A stretch of DNA of 63,394 nucleotides, counting the filler, from Craspedostauros australis (Eukaryota), in NCBI GenBank assembly GCA_030167865.1. It is 8 parts of 8 records of this genome, joined end to end, with 100 filler letters (N's around TTAATTAATTAA, not from the genome) between each part and the next. Parts side by side here need not be neighbours in the genome. Positions count along the whole stretch, not along the records: positions 1 to 28,731 come from JALAGF010006435.1; positions 28,832 to 30,476 come from JALAGF010006437.1; positions 30,577 to 36,577 come from JALAGF010006438.1; 5 more parts are not named here. One strand, given 5' to 3'. Under the pieces are notes generated by a model that saw nothing but the letters and a program-made list of their open reading frames with translations, ran no database searches and had not been told where the DNA came from. Position numbers and translations under genes: made by a program. Shown here piece by piece: positions 19,301 through 31,913 of this stretch (the stretch's first letter is position 1; each line of letters opens with the position of its first letter).

Positions 19301-22300
19301 TATGAGTATGAAACGGTGTCTTCACTGCAACTCGCAGCATTGCCAACGCGACCTCCACTGTCAGCAGCAGCAGCAGCAGTCGCAATACTAGAAGTAGGCG
19401 CGTGTTCTCGCATTTCCTCATCTTTTCGCTCACCTGGATCATGGACAATCGCAACTCTGCCTTCGCGGTCGATCTTGACTTTGATGGCGCAGCCTCCAGC
19501 TGTCCATCGGTACGACAGCGGGAGCCGGTCGCTCATAGTGCTGATGTCTTTGGCACAAATACCAGCAGTTCTTGCCTGGACGACGGCGATATCGCATTGG
19601 ACCTTCCCGGCAACAGCACACCTCTTTTGTGCTGTTGCATACTTCACTCTCTCAGCCTGGTAGGCGCAGCTCATGGTAGCCCGCGGGACTCGTCCCGAAT
19701 CTATCTCAACTTGATCACAACAGCTTGTCTGAGCAACCTCGGTCAGAGGGTTGGCACACAGCATGTTCCTTGCTCCTCCTCTGGCGTTCGAGAAGTCCAG
19801 CACGCGCTTGGCGTTGTTGTAGAATGCGTACTCAACGCAGGCTGGTCGGATGTATTCATAGTATATTGGTGTGGGTGACGAATCAACTCTGATCGTTCGA
19901 ATGGTATCGACATCGAGTTCGTCGCTGCCTTCCTGGCCAGAATAGTCCAAATTGTCCTGCAGCACCACCTTGCCTGGATAACTGCAGCCGTTGCCATCGG
20001 CTTGATCCGCGCAGAGCTTGGCATACAGTGGACTGGAACTATCCAGGCTGAGGCGGAGGACTTCTGGGTCGTTCTCCCATGATGGCAGATCCTTCTGGAG
20101 TTCGGGTGTGGCCTTCGACCCCAACAGGCGGTACACTGCGCCCTTCCGGAGGAAATGTTTGGATGGTAAGTCAGCACAAAGCGGGTACCGGTCACCAATG
20201 AAACCTGCGTACAGGTTGGACTTGGGGAAGATGTCTCGCCAGCGACTGAAGGTGGGCACAGCAAGGAAATGTATTGATGGACGAGTATGGAGGGGATAAG
20301 GTCCACGAGAGGAATTGGAAGATGGATAGTAAAGGGAAATCCGGGTGAGTTGCTTGATGCAGCGATCATCGCACAACATTCACGAACGTAAGAAACAACC
20401 CGAAAGTTGAGCTCAGCATCTTGACTTACGCGTTGATCGTCATAGGATCGACTCTATCCCCACCATTCTCGTAGTTGCCGCGCGATTGCTGGCGTCTCAT
20501 ACCTGTCCATGCTCTTGAGAACGACGTGATGTCATCATTGTCGTATGTATGGATCGGTTCACCGTGGGAATCGACTTTGACAGTCCCATCCATGTTCAAC
20601 TGGTACAACCCAATGGAAAAGAGCTGCATGATCTCGCGTGCGAAGTTCTCATCAGGATGGGAAGTTTGGTCGAAATCCTGAGCGAACTGGTAGCTTGTTG
20701 ATGCTATCGATGACAGCATCTCCCCCATTCGGTCATGGAAGGAAATCCTTTTGAGGATATCGCGGTAGTTACCAAAGGCATTGCGAACGAAGATGTCGTA
20801 GTAGTCCAGATTGTTCTCGGTGCTCTCGGTTTCGCCAAGAAGCTGAGGGCTCACCACCAAAATCTGACTCAACGCAAAGGCGACCCTTTGTCGCAGTTGA
20901 TCGAGGCTGTTCAGTGCAATTTGTGCCCAGATTGTCTGTCGTTGAAGGCGGTAGATTCCAATCGGAACTGGATTCTCAGGGAAGCGATCCTCATCGAAAG
21001 ATTCGACGAAGAATCCAGAACCCAGTGATGGGTCGTTCGCGACTTCGCCGATAGAACCGCAAACGACGACGCCGTTGCCATTTGGATTGATAGGGACGGA
21101 TCCAAACTCCTTGCGGATCTCATCGGTCTGGAGACGCTCGGGGAGCCCCGCAAATGAGACCACGTCGCCCAACCTGCCAAGAAATGGATACTTTTTGGCT
21201 TCGTTCGCAACTCTTGTGAAGAATCTGAAATTCCCTTCGTAGTGATGATTGTCGGGGAACCTGAGTTTTGCCAAGCCGTTCTCGGCCCACTTTCTGATGT
21301 TGTAGGAGCCGCCGGGGTGTGCGCCAACCCATTCCGTGAGATCGTAGACATTCAGGTGCAAGCTGTGAACATGCTGCCAGCATTGGCCGTCCAGTCCCTT
21401 GATGTAGCCAAGCGAGATCTTGTTTTCATCGGCTTCGTCGCAAGTTTGACTTTCGAATAGACTGACGTCCTTCAGAAGCGTCGGTTCCTCCAGATTGCCA
21501 TCAAATCCTGGCTGGAGCAAGGTAGCGAAAGCGGCTTCTGTTTGATCGCCGACATGACGGTAGTCATTGCTTGCGCAGAGGTTGCTTTCGACGCGCATCC
21601 AACGTGACTTTCGATTCTTGAATCTAGTGCACGGTGGGGGCTGATAGAGCACGTCGTCTCCGTTTTGGTTCTTGCGAGTTTCGTTGTTCAGGGGGAGATT
21701 ATCGATGGCGTAGACCTGAGCATGTTCATGGTGGTAATTTGTGATTTGAATACTATGATGACGACAATGATGACCGATGATGACCGATTACCAATGAGTC
21801 GGTGTCAAAATAGATGGGGATGTCGCATGCAGGTGAGGGATTGACAAACAGACGAACGCAGAGAAGGACGAGCAGCACAGTGTTTCGAGCCCATTCAGTT
21901 TGGGCGTATGGACAGAGGGGACGATGCGCGTTGTTGGTAGCCTCCGCACACACATACACACGAATGCCACTGGTCGCTTTCAGATGCAACAACTTACGTA
22001 TCGTTCTTCGATTCTGTACACGCTCGTCACGAAGTCTTCAGTGAGCTTGAGAGAAAAGACAGGCGGCTCGTCGGCTCTGCAGGCTGTCGAAGCAGTGCTC
22101 AACACGCAGTGGTCTTCGTTGATAAAGGACCGTGGGACGTTGGGGCATTTGACCTTGTTGTCAGAAGAGAATGCGACGACACCACCTCCGTCTGGAAGAG
22201 GATTCTCGACCGTGTTCTCTAGTAAGATCAGATGAGGATCAAAGAGAAGGTACTCGACCATGCCGTCTTTACTGCTCCTACCAAACACGGTTGGGGTAAT

Positions 22301-23584
22301 GGTGTTGGGGTTCATTGCGATCGTGTCACAAGCTCTATCCATGAGGTCTTCGGTGAGTCTGAACTCGTCATTGGCCCGAAAGGCCTCCCAGTACTCGCTG
22401 ACATAGGTTTCATCATTGACAGTCGTGATCCCGGCGTCTTCCACATCCAGACTTGGGAGATCGACCATGTACGCACCATCGCTACCGTCGCGACCATTGA
22501 TCAAGTGTGATTCGATGTAGACTGGTGGATTCCCATGTAGGAATTGGCGACACTTTGTATCTCCACCCTGGGCAAGCTTCACGCGAAAAGGCGCCGAGAT
22601 GCTCTCTTGATAAAACGTCGCACTTGATCCACAGATGATGTAGTCCGTGTCGAGTTCTGCATCTCTGGCTGACTCGACGTCAACAGTCGCATCGCTATCT
22701 GAGTAGGTGACCAGCTCAATCTTGAAGAGGACCAGAGTACGCGGCACATCGTCGACCTTGAGGAGGTACCCGGCACCGCCCGGGACTGTTCCGATCCTCA
22801 ATGACTTGCCGGTATCCTGGGAGGTGAAGGCGAAGTTCCTCCAGCGGGAGTCCTTGGAGCATGGGTGCGGTCCAGCCTCACCTGCGATCATGGGCTTCTC
22901 AGATCGATGATTGGCTCTCTTGCGGTAGAACTCACGGTGAGAGGTGACGGGGTGTTGCATCTGTGCTGTGATCCATTGTTTGAAGCTTGCTGTTGTGTGG
23001 GACAACGTTGGGTCCGCCAAGTCAGCTGGTGTGACACCAAATGATGCTTTCTCCAAGAAGCGTGCGATGATGGTGTTCCGACCCTCCGCAGTGCCAGCCT
23101 TCAACGGGCGATTATAAGAGGTGAGAGCATAGGTCTCCGAGTCGCCCAACGGAGGCAGGGTCATCTGGCAGGTTTGTTGGGGTTGGCCAGCGCATTCGAT
23201 GGAGAGTTGGCCGGCAGCACGGCCCGCAACAACCTCCCAGTCCTTGGAGTTGTAACTGCGAGCGATAGTCGCGAAGTAGGGATCCTCAGAATCCGTGGAG
23301 ACCGCAGTCAGCGTGCAGACTCCGCCACCAAAAATCGGCAAGCCGATGTTGGTGTCGGTGAAATGAACTGGAGGGTCATCGACGTCAGGACAACGGTACC
23401 AAATGACCTGGTTTGCTGCGATGGTGGGCAAGACAGCTGCGAGCGCCATCATCATCACCATCGTGATCAGCGCAGTCCAATGGGAGGTGCTGCGTTTGAT
23501 GGCACTACCGCTCCAGGTACCAACGATCTTGGCCTCGACGGACGCCGAAGAGGAACGTTCGGTGTGGGAGATACGGGCGAGCAT
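16303..23584 (-). CDS. Giant probably secreted DUF1800-DUF1501 fusion (~2120 aa, 5 exons: 23584-21998, 21715-20430, 20245-19434, 19135-18080, 17932-16303), with a frameshift (~16681) and an in-frame TAG (16474-16476)
   Basis: All four introns are GT(A/G)AG...CAG with matching phases. DUF1800 motifs RFLEKASFG, QLRQRVAFALSQILVVS, PDENFAREIMQLFSIGL, LREPLLKV, APSVFSFF. DUF1501 motifs VYLMFQGGMDS, LFAHN, GGYDHH, SDFGRTLTPN..GTDHGW, GRLIPT. Hydrophobic N-terminal segment. Start codon is uncertain. Confidence 0.85.
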
Positions 23585-25565
23585 GGCGACTTCGAACCTT
23601 TGTTTTGTGCTACGTTGTGTTTGTTTATGTGTTTGGGCAGCAGAGTACGTACCAGTAGGCACGAGCGTGATGGGTGAGTTCGAGCTGTGAGGCAATAGCA
23701 GCGTGTGTAGTCTGATCAGGGCCCTGTGCGCGTTGCACTGTTGCCAGATTCGTGGCATTGCTAGTGCACAAGAAAGCATATGGCATGATCGACTCGTACC
23801 GTCCATGAAGAATGACCCACCATGGCAGAGGGAATGAATGTTCTGTCCACTGATACTCATTCCTGCTCTTGTAATCATGGATATTGAAACTCGCAGGTGG
23901 TTGCGTTCATTCAACGCGCGTTTGGTTGCTGCTTACATAGGGTACTTACTGGTGAGTTGACTGGCTATTTGATCAACGGATCGATGAGCGCACTGTTTTG
24001 TTGATCGGCTTGTTGAACGGTCCTTCCTGCGATTGAAAACGTGACGATGAAGTCCACAGCAACCCAGAGATATGACAGCTGTGAGTGTTGGGAGATTGGG
24101 GAGTTGACCTTCGTCGAGGATCCAATTTTGTGAGACTTGCGATTCAGTTGTTGGTAATGTGTTTCGAATCGTCAGTTGCGCTGTGCTTTGTTGTCCTCCT
24201 CATCGAAGTAGTCTGGGAATACGAGGACGCCGAAGCTGTCATCATTGCAAGAGATAACCCACGACTTGGATCGGTCCGTAGCCGAGTCTACCGACGCTAC
24301 ATCGAACGTCACGAGTGTATCCATGTGCAATTGTGCTCATTTCCGTTGCTGACGTCGCCAACCAGAGCGACAAATAGAGCGTCTCTCGCCTATCCTGGCA
24401 TTCAGCATGTCTTCCCTCACCCTTTTGGAACATGTCGAGACGGCCACTGAGTGCGGAGCCGAATCTTGGCGCGATGAATATCAGCGAGTTTCTCGTCGAA
24501 GAGGAGGTGACGTCGGGAGTACGACAAGAGCCGGCGGGTCATCTGATCAACTGACCGGTGTTGGAATATCATGGGTTGGAGCAGAGGCGAGAACTACGGA
24601 ATTATCATTTGTGAGGCACCTGACCGGCTTGAGCCAAGGCTTGGCCCTGTGTCTTGTGCTTATCCTGACCGATCTTGTTCCCATCGCAGATGCAGATTTT
24701 GTTGGAGTTGCTCCTTTTGCTTTCCACGCAGGAACGGGCAACGCTCCAGTGGCATGTAGTCCCAGCAGGTATACAACTCGTACGTCGTCGAGGCACCGCG
24801 TCATGAAGAGGCCTCTGTCCATGAGTCGTAGAAATGACAGTGCTGTTCGCTCCTCGACTGCCTCCAGTACCTCAAGGAGCCACGAGAACCACCTCATTTG
24901 TTTTTGCCCCCTTTTCCATGTCTGCTATGCGACCCGAGAGAATCTCACGGTGCAGCAAAACGCACTGGTCATCCAAGGAAAAAAGTTGGAGGAACTTATG
25001 AGACGGCTACAAACACCAATGAACGACCCAAAGCAAGCTCAACTTTCGTGTGATTTGTGCTTCTAGTGCGAGTAATGTGCGTGTGACATAAAGATGAGCC
25101 ACGTGGATCGTGTGAGGGCCATCTCGGTGCGTTGGAATCTCACACATCTGATGCTCGGTAGGGGTCGCATCTCGTGGCGTCATCGAAGGTAGCAAGACCA
25201 CACAGCAAGATCAACCCAGACGTGTTCGAGAGCCGAAACGTGAAGGGATGAACTCGAGGCGATGTGCTGACGTGTAGATACGGTGCTTCCACCTTCGGTT
25301 GAAGCACTTGGTGTCGCTGAATGCGTCATATCACCGTCCTGATGCGGTCATCATGTCATTGCGTCCCTCCACCTTTGGCCATTACCGAAGATGATGGTGC
25401 ACAGCCCGTGAGCGGACAGTGCTCCAAGTTCTTAGCACGTAACGGAAGTTCTCAATCCGCACGATCAGAACAACAGCCGATTCGATGGATGTTTGTCGTC
25501 GCCATTTCGATACGATACCCCTGGCGGATTGTTCGGATGGGTGGTGCATTGGGGTGGTCCCACGA

Positions 25566-25615
25566 CGTTGTTTGTGTTGTTGTTTGTGTTGTTGTTGTTT
25601 GTGTTGTTGTTTTGT
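25566..25615. repeat. (GTT/TTGT)n simple repeat
   Basis: GTTGTTTGTGTTGTTGTTTGTGTTGTTGTTGTTTGTGTTGTTGTTTTG. Confidence 0.8.
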
Positions 25616-25915
25616 GAGATTTGGGGTTGTTGTCGCTGTTCTCGTTCCTCGTGCCACAGCCAACATAGTCAATGCTCCGTGGAAATGATGATTCACGGAA
25701 AAGGAGAAGCGGCAGAATATGAACAATCCATAAAAGTAAACGCGGAAACAGGAAGTCGATCCAAGTTTGGACCCAGAGAATCTACGTGGATGAATCTAGA
25801 TACAGTATTCGACTCTGCCTACCTCCGGATGGGGCGGCTCTGCACATCGTGGAGATGCAGGGTCCCATACGGGCAATGCGTGTAAATTAGCCTTACTACC
25901 CAGTAAAGTTCCTTC

Positions 25916-28731
25916 TCACGCCATGCTCCCGACCTCCAAGTCAAACTCGCCTCCCAAGCTCTGCACCATCATGTAGTACGTCACAGACGCCGTGGAGTTC
26001 CAGAGCACCTGGTGGTGTGATCCGCATGCTGTGATAGTGCTGCTCCCGTCTTCTCTCTCAGTATCCACACATTGTAGCACATTGCAGCTGAAAGCATCTT
26101 CATCGACGGCTCTCATCCGTGGATAGGGTTCATCGACGTTGGTGGTGGTGGTGGTGGCGGCGGCGGAAGTGATGATGACGGGGAAGTTTGGATCCGTGTC
26201 AATATTGTCAACAATGACAGATCCGTAGTGGTCGAAGTTGATCTCACTGATGGAAACATACGTGGGCAGCCGACCTGCAGTGTTGCACGTCGAGGCATAC
26301 ATCGGACCGCCTGTGCCTTTCACCTTGTACCACACTCCACCAGTGCCTCGAGTTTGGGGTGGGGCGTCGCATCCCCCATACTCAAGGGCACCCTCAGATG
26401 TGCCTGTGATTCGTCCCACCGCAACCGCTGACGATCCTGATGTCACCAGCTCCAACGAGATCGCTCGGCTGCAGATGTCGTTGTACGGGGAGATGCGGAA
26501 GTCCACGACGCCGTAGTCCTCGTCCAGGTCACGACCAGACACACGGATGAAGTACAGGACGTCCACCTCTGACGTCCATCGGATGGACCTGCCTCTGCCC
26601 TGCGCGATCTCGTTGAAGTCGCGATTCACACTCAAGAACACATCGCTGCAGTTCATCTCCATCCCAATCGACGGCACTGCGTCTGTGGATCCTACCGAGT
26701 CGTCGACATTGGCGGCACATGACAAGGACGTGCATTCATCGCCGCGGTACATCGTCACCTGCGTGTTGAACTGTGTGTAGATGGAGCATGTGGATGCGAT
26801 GAGGTCCATCCCGTTCCCGATGAAGGAGAACCACACATCACGTCCTTCGGCGTCTGTGTCAGATGAGGTTGTCGATGGACATGATGGATAGTCCTGAATG
26901 GTGCGATCACCTTTGACGCTGATGAAACTGCGAGTTGCGCTCCTTGTTGTGATGGTTCTGTACTTGCCATCGAGGGGCAGCGGACCGATAGCCGATCTGC
27001 ACTTGTCGTTGACGGCTGCATCCTCAACAGTGAGGGTGAAGGTGGGATGCAGTGTGGTCGTGTCGCTATCGGTATCGCTATCGGTATTCATCGTCACCTG
27101 CTGCGCGTCACTGTCAATGTCGCTACCAACAGTATCGGTACCAACACTAGCTGCACCAGCAACAGCTGCTGTGTTCTCAACTGCGAGCTTGACGACGACG
27201 AAGTACTCTTGATCGAACGTCGTCTTCCATGTGGCGGATGTGTGATTGTTGCAGGGTGTCTTGACCAAGAACTCTGGCGATGGACTTGCTGAGGTCACAT
27301 CGATGAGCTGGCGGAGGTTGTCACAGGATGCCGTGTTGCCATCGTTAGCAAAGATGAAGATCGATGTGGATGTGGATGTGGATGTAGATGTTTGCAGCAG
27401 CATGGATCCTGGATGGCATGTGGATGCTGTGAGCGGTTGGCCGGTTCCCTTGACGCTGTACCAGAAGAGGTACTCATCGTGATCGTCCGATTCTGTGACT
27501 ATGTGTGTGTCATCGGAAATGATGGGAATGGTGGGAGGCATCTCTTCCACTGTCTTGATGGTTGGATGTAGCACTCCGATGGTGGTGGTCCCATCCGTCG
27601 GGATTGCGGTTGCCGTTTGGCATGTCTGGTTTGAAGATGGATCCACTTCCCGCAGTGTGATTGTGCAATCGAATTTGTTGGGTGATCGGTCTTCTGGTGT
27701 GTGAACTATTTTGGTGAGAGGCATGTCGCGTGATACGAGTAGATGTACAGCAAGAGTCATCCAGTTCATGGAAAGCAGGTGGTTGTGAAAGGTGAGAAGA
27801 ATCGTTGACCAACGTACTTGAAGGAGATACAGGCAATCGGGACACAAGCAGTGGAATTCCGTGCACGGAATCAGAAGCAAAAGGCATCCAACTCGCAACA
27901 ATGCAAGTCTCACGTACCAATGAGCTTGTACTCCACTCCTTCATGTGCGTACCACTCCAACACGCTGCAGAATTCGTTCTCACTGTCCTCGTCGTTTTCA
28001 GCACGCAGGAACGTGGATGCATCATCATTGGCATCGATGCATTGCAGATCTCCACATGTCCCAGTGAACACGCTGATTTTGGTGTTGATCTTGGTCTTTG
28101 CGTTGCACGTTGATGCACGCAGAATGGAGCCTGTGCCAGTCGTGTTGAACCAATTTCCTCGGTAGGCATCAAAGAAACTGCCTCTGGTGTCGATGAGAAC
28201 GTCGTTTCCGCATGATACGACGGGATCAACCTCTGGAACTAGCCCCTCGAGGGTGGTGGAGACGCTCGATCCGATGGGAAGCCCGATTGGTGAGGCACAG
28301 AACACTGGATCTGGTGGTGCCTTCCTGTCTTCGTTTGCAGAACCAAATTTCGGGACCGAGAGTACAAAATCGCCAACAGTGTTGCCGGCTCCATGCACCA
28401 AGGCGAAGTAGCGACCGTCAGCGTTGGGCACGACGGAAGCGATCCCCACTCTGCCACTGATGCATTGCGATTCATCACAGCTGCCACCCTCAAACAGGGA
28501 AACTTGTGGAATGAATCCATCAGTGATAGGAGTCGCTATCACGTCAACGGCGAATCCCAAATCGATAAGAAAGGAATCGAAAGCCAGTTCGAACCACACT
28601 CCGGGCGCAGTGGAAACGGCACTGCCACAATCCCCAACTTTCGGAGGCTGGACGATTCCGCTCTTAGTTGAGGATATCACTGAGTCCGTTGATGCAGGAA
28701 CGAAGACGGCATCCTCGCACCGGGAGCTGCT
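25916..28731 (-). CDS. Cys-containing tandem-module (probable beta-sandwich) extracellular-type protein, 5'-truncated by a gap; exons 28731-27918 and 27705-25916
   Basis: Repeated module ND.C..A...(G/D)VW(Y/F)...G.G....ASTC...(F)NT...(F/Y).G.C..L.C...DD. A phase-1 intron GTACGT...ATAG joins YKLIV-HTPED in frame. Confidence 0.78.
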
Positions 28732-28775
28732 NNNNNNNNNNNNNNNNNNNNNNNNNNNNNNNNNNNNNNNNNNNN

Positions 28776-28787
28776 TTAATTAATTAA
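28776..28787. other. Artificial contig-join linker TTAATTAATTAA
   Basis: Identical six-frame-stop 12-mer centred in an N run; occurs 7 times in the window. Confidence 0.97.
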
Positions 28788-28831
28788 NNNNNNNNNNNNN
28801 NNNNNNNNNNNNNNNNNNNNNNNNNNNNNNN

Positions 28832-30476
28832 CGGCATAGCAGAGCGAAGCATCCGCACCATCGTGTCGATGGCCCGAACAATGATGATGCACCAAAGTAT
28901 TCATTGGCCTGACATATTTGATGCACAGCTATGGCCTATGGCAGTGGTACACGCAGCTTACATTTACAATTGTGTGCCCAATCCAGCAACAGGACTAACT
29001 CCATACGATGTTCTTTCTCGTGTCCGACTTCCACTCAAACAGCTCCACAATTTACATGTATGGGGCAGCCCTGTGTATGTGCTCAACAAAGCACTCGCAG
29101 ATGGACGCAAGATACCTCGATGGGAACCAAGAGGAGAGCGATACGTCAACGTGGGTCTCTCTACAAAGCATGCTTCGACAGTGCCCTTGGTGCTCTCACC
29201 ACGAACAGGATCCATCACACCTCAATTCCATGTGGTGTTCGACGATTGGTTTGCTACTATAGCAACCGATCCCAAACACTTGCCGAACTACCAATCAGAA
29301 GAGTGGACACGTATGTTTGGTGATACAACCTTTCAGTATCCATTTGATGACGACGATGTAGAGGCTATGGAACAGGAAGAAACCCTCAACTCCGACCTCA
29401 TAGACCATAATCGATTGAAGCGAAACGATGCGATCGAACCAAACNTTCCAACTTCGCCTCACATCCCCTCTCCATCCGCTGACAATCAAGGCGCAGAGGC
29501 ACCATCGCTGCCTGCTCCAAAGCAGAAACCAATGATGCAAACGGACTCAAGCTTCACTAATAATGACTTCGCCCCTCCAATGTCAACTTCAGAGGGAGTG
29601 AATCAACCACTGTCGTCGACAGAGGGAGACTTCANNNNNNNNNNNNNNNNNNNNNNNNNNNNNNNNNNNNNNNNNNNNNNNNNNNNNNNNNNNNNNNNNN
29701 NNNNNNNNNNNNNNNNNNNNNNNNNNNNNNNNNNNNNNNNNNNNNNNNNNNNNNNNNNNNNNNNNNNNNNNNNNNNNNNNNNNNNNNNNNNNNNNNNNNN
29801 NNNNNNNNNNNNNNNNNNNNNNNNNNNNNNNNNNNNNNNAACATCAAATGTACCAGAGACCACGACCTCATCACCAATTCCACCAGCGTCCACGATTACG
29901 CCCAAACGAGAACGAAGCACCAGAATTCGCAAAGAACCACAGCGGTTCACCTATGGACGCCTCGGAGGCAAGGCAGCATGGCTTGAAGACGACGATAGTG
30001 ATGAGTACCTCCTCTGTGTTGCGACGGCTGCTGAAGAAGAAATTGAATCAGACGACGCCACATCTGACATACATCCAGATTCGTATCCAATTCACGTATT
30101 CTCACGAGCTGTCATCGATTGTCTGAACACAATTGAGTTTCTGCAACGAAACGGCAGTGACCCTCGCTCTATCTACCTCCACGATTTCAAGGTCAATTCA
30201 CTATACCTACTGCGCCAACTCCGCCAACGCTACCGAACTCTCAACCCACAAGCTTCAGTCAACGACTTGCCAAGAATGGAGCCTGAGGAGTTTCAAGCGA
30301 ACATGGTCGATTGGTGGCAACCGGAACCAGCAGACATGACGGAGGACGCCCCGTTCAACGTATCAGATCTATACGAAGACTTCTTCTTGGATATGGAGCT
30401 CCACATCATGGAGGATCGCGAGTGCGAATTCCTCTTCGAGGAACAACAGAACGAAGTGACAGTCTACGCTGTGCGC
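28832..30476 (+). mobile_element. Ty1/copia (CoDi-like) pol fragment: integrase C-terminal half and linker
   Basis: GIAERSIRTIVSMARTMM..LWPMAVVHAAYIYN..KIPRWEPR..GSITPQFHVVFDDWFAT, then RSTRIRKEPQRF. Open frame across an internal gap. Confidence 0.9.
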
Positions 30477-30520
30477 NNNNNNNNNNNNNNNNNNNNNNNN
30501 NNNNNNNNNNNNNNNNNNNN

Positions 30521-30532
30521 TTAATTAATTAA
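30521..30532. other. Artificial contig-join linker
   Basis: TTAATTAATTAA within an N run. Confidence 0.97.
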
Positions 30533-30576
30533 NNNNNNNNNNNNNNNNNNNNNNNNNNNNNNNNNNNNNNNNNNNN

Positions 30577-30710
30577 ACTCTGTACCTTCACTCTGCACCT
30601 TCACTCTGCACCTTCACTCTGTACCTTCACTCTGTAGCTTCACTCTGTAGCTTCACTCTGTACCTTCACTCTGTAGCTTCACTCTGTACCTTCACTCTGT
30701 AGCTTCACTC
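30577..30710. repeat. 13-bp minisatellite ACTCTG(T/C)A(C/G)CTTC, ~10 copies, running into a gap
   Basis: Directly visible tandem units with no spacers. Confidence 0.95.
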
Positions 30711-31913
30711 TTCTACCATACATCACATCTATTCCCAACACTCTAATCTTCCATGTTGTCGCCAGGGAGGCATGGTAATCCCCATCATTGGTGCATCAGA
30801 AAAGTACTTTTTCATACAAAAACGGTGTTCTCCACCTCATTTCTTGTGTTTTTCCGCGCGATTTCCGATGCTTTAACGCGCCACATTCTCTTGGAGTCAA
30901 TATGACGCTGGTGTGTCACCATCGTGCTTCAGCTTGTTCATCGCGTGCCACTTACTGTGTTGCCACCGCGTCGCCGTGGTGTTCCATTCTTCCTCAGGTC
31001 TTCCGTTTGTCTCCGCCAGTGAGGTTGGAATGGTTGCAGGTGCCACCTCCCTTTCATTGCACGAACTGATGCCGAGACTTAATCATCATGCCGTGGTCAT
31101 TTTAGTCCAACCCACACACAGCTCCTCCTCCCCTGCATGGTCGGCGTGACTGATCAGCCACATTTTCCGTCGAACGGAGACACACGACAGGCAGCTGTGC
31201 ACACTTGTCGTTTGTTCCGCATCATCGCTCCTTCCACTGTTTCGTCTTGCCTTTCCGTTGCTCCGTCTCCGCCTTCTGACTCCCAGTGGTCGCACAATCA
31301 TTCGTCTTTGTTCCCGTCATTCCCAACCTTCCAGCGTGGGAGTCTGTTCTGGCAACCGGCGTCGTGCCCCTCATGCTTCCAACACACTTAAGCGCAACAT
31401 GGACACAACACACGCGATAGCCCAACATTGTTTGTGCTTTCTTGACTGCAGGTGTTTCCTGTTCATCGCGCCTCCCCAACAAACATTGTTATGCCCCCCA
31501 TTTCGTTCCAACACACACAACAAAGCCACTTCAGTGTATTTATTGAAGCGTGGATGTCTTTGGTATGAAGTGATGTGTACTAAGTTATCGATTTGGGATT
31601 GTGAGCTTGATGTGTTGATGTGATTTCTTTTGTTGCTCCTTTTTGTTTTCGTGCTGCTGTCTGTCACAGTCTGTTGCTGTGTTCCCGACTACTTGGACTC
31701 GGGTGGTGCCTTCGCTCCAATAGTATTGCTTGCCTGTTCGACGAAGTTTTGCCATTTGACATGACAAACAAGCGTTTGTAGAGACGGAACTTAATCGAAC
31801 AGGTTAGTACTCTCCTCTATCCCATTCGTGTGGTGCCAACTCGCAGAGACGTTCAATTATTAGACTGATACATTCCATACGACACGTGTGTTTAATTCAA
31901 TGAAATGTACAGT

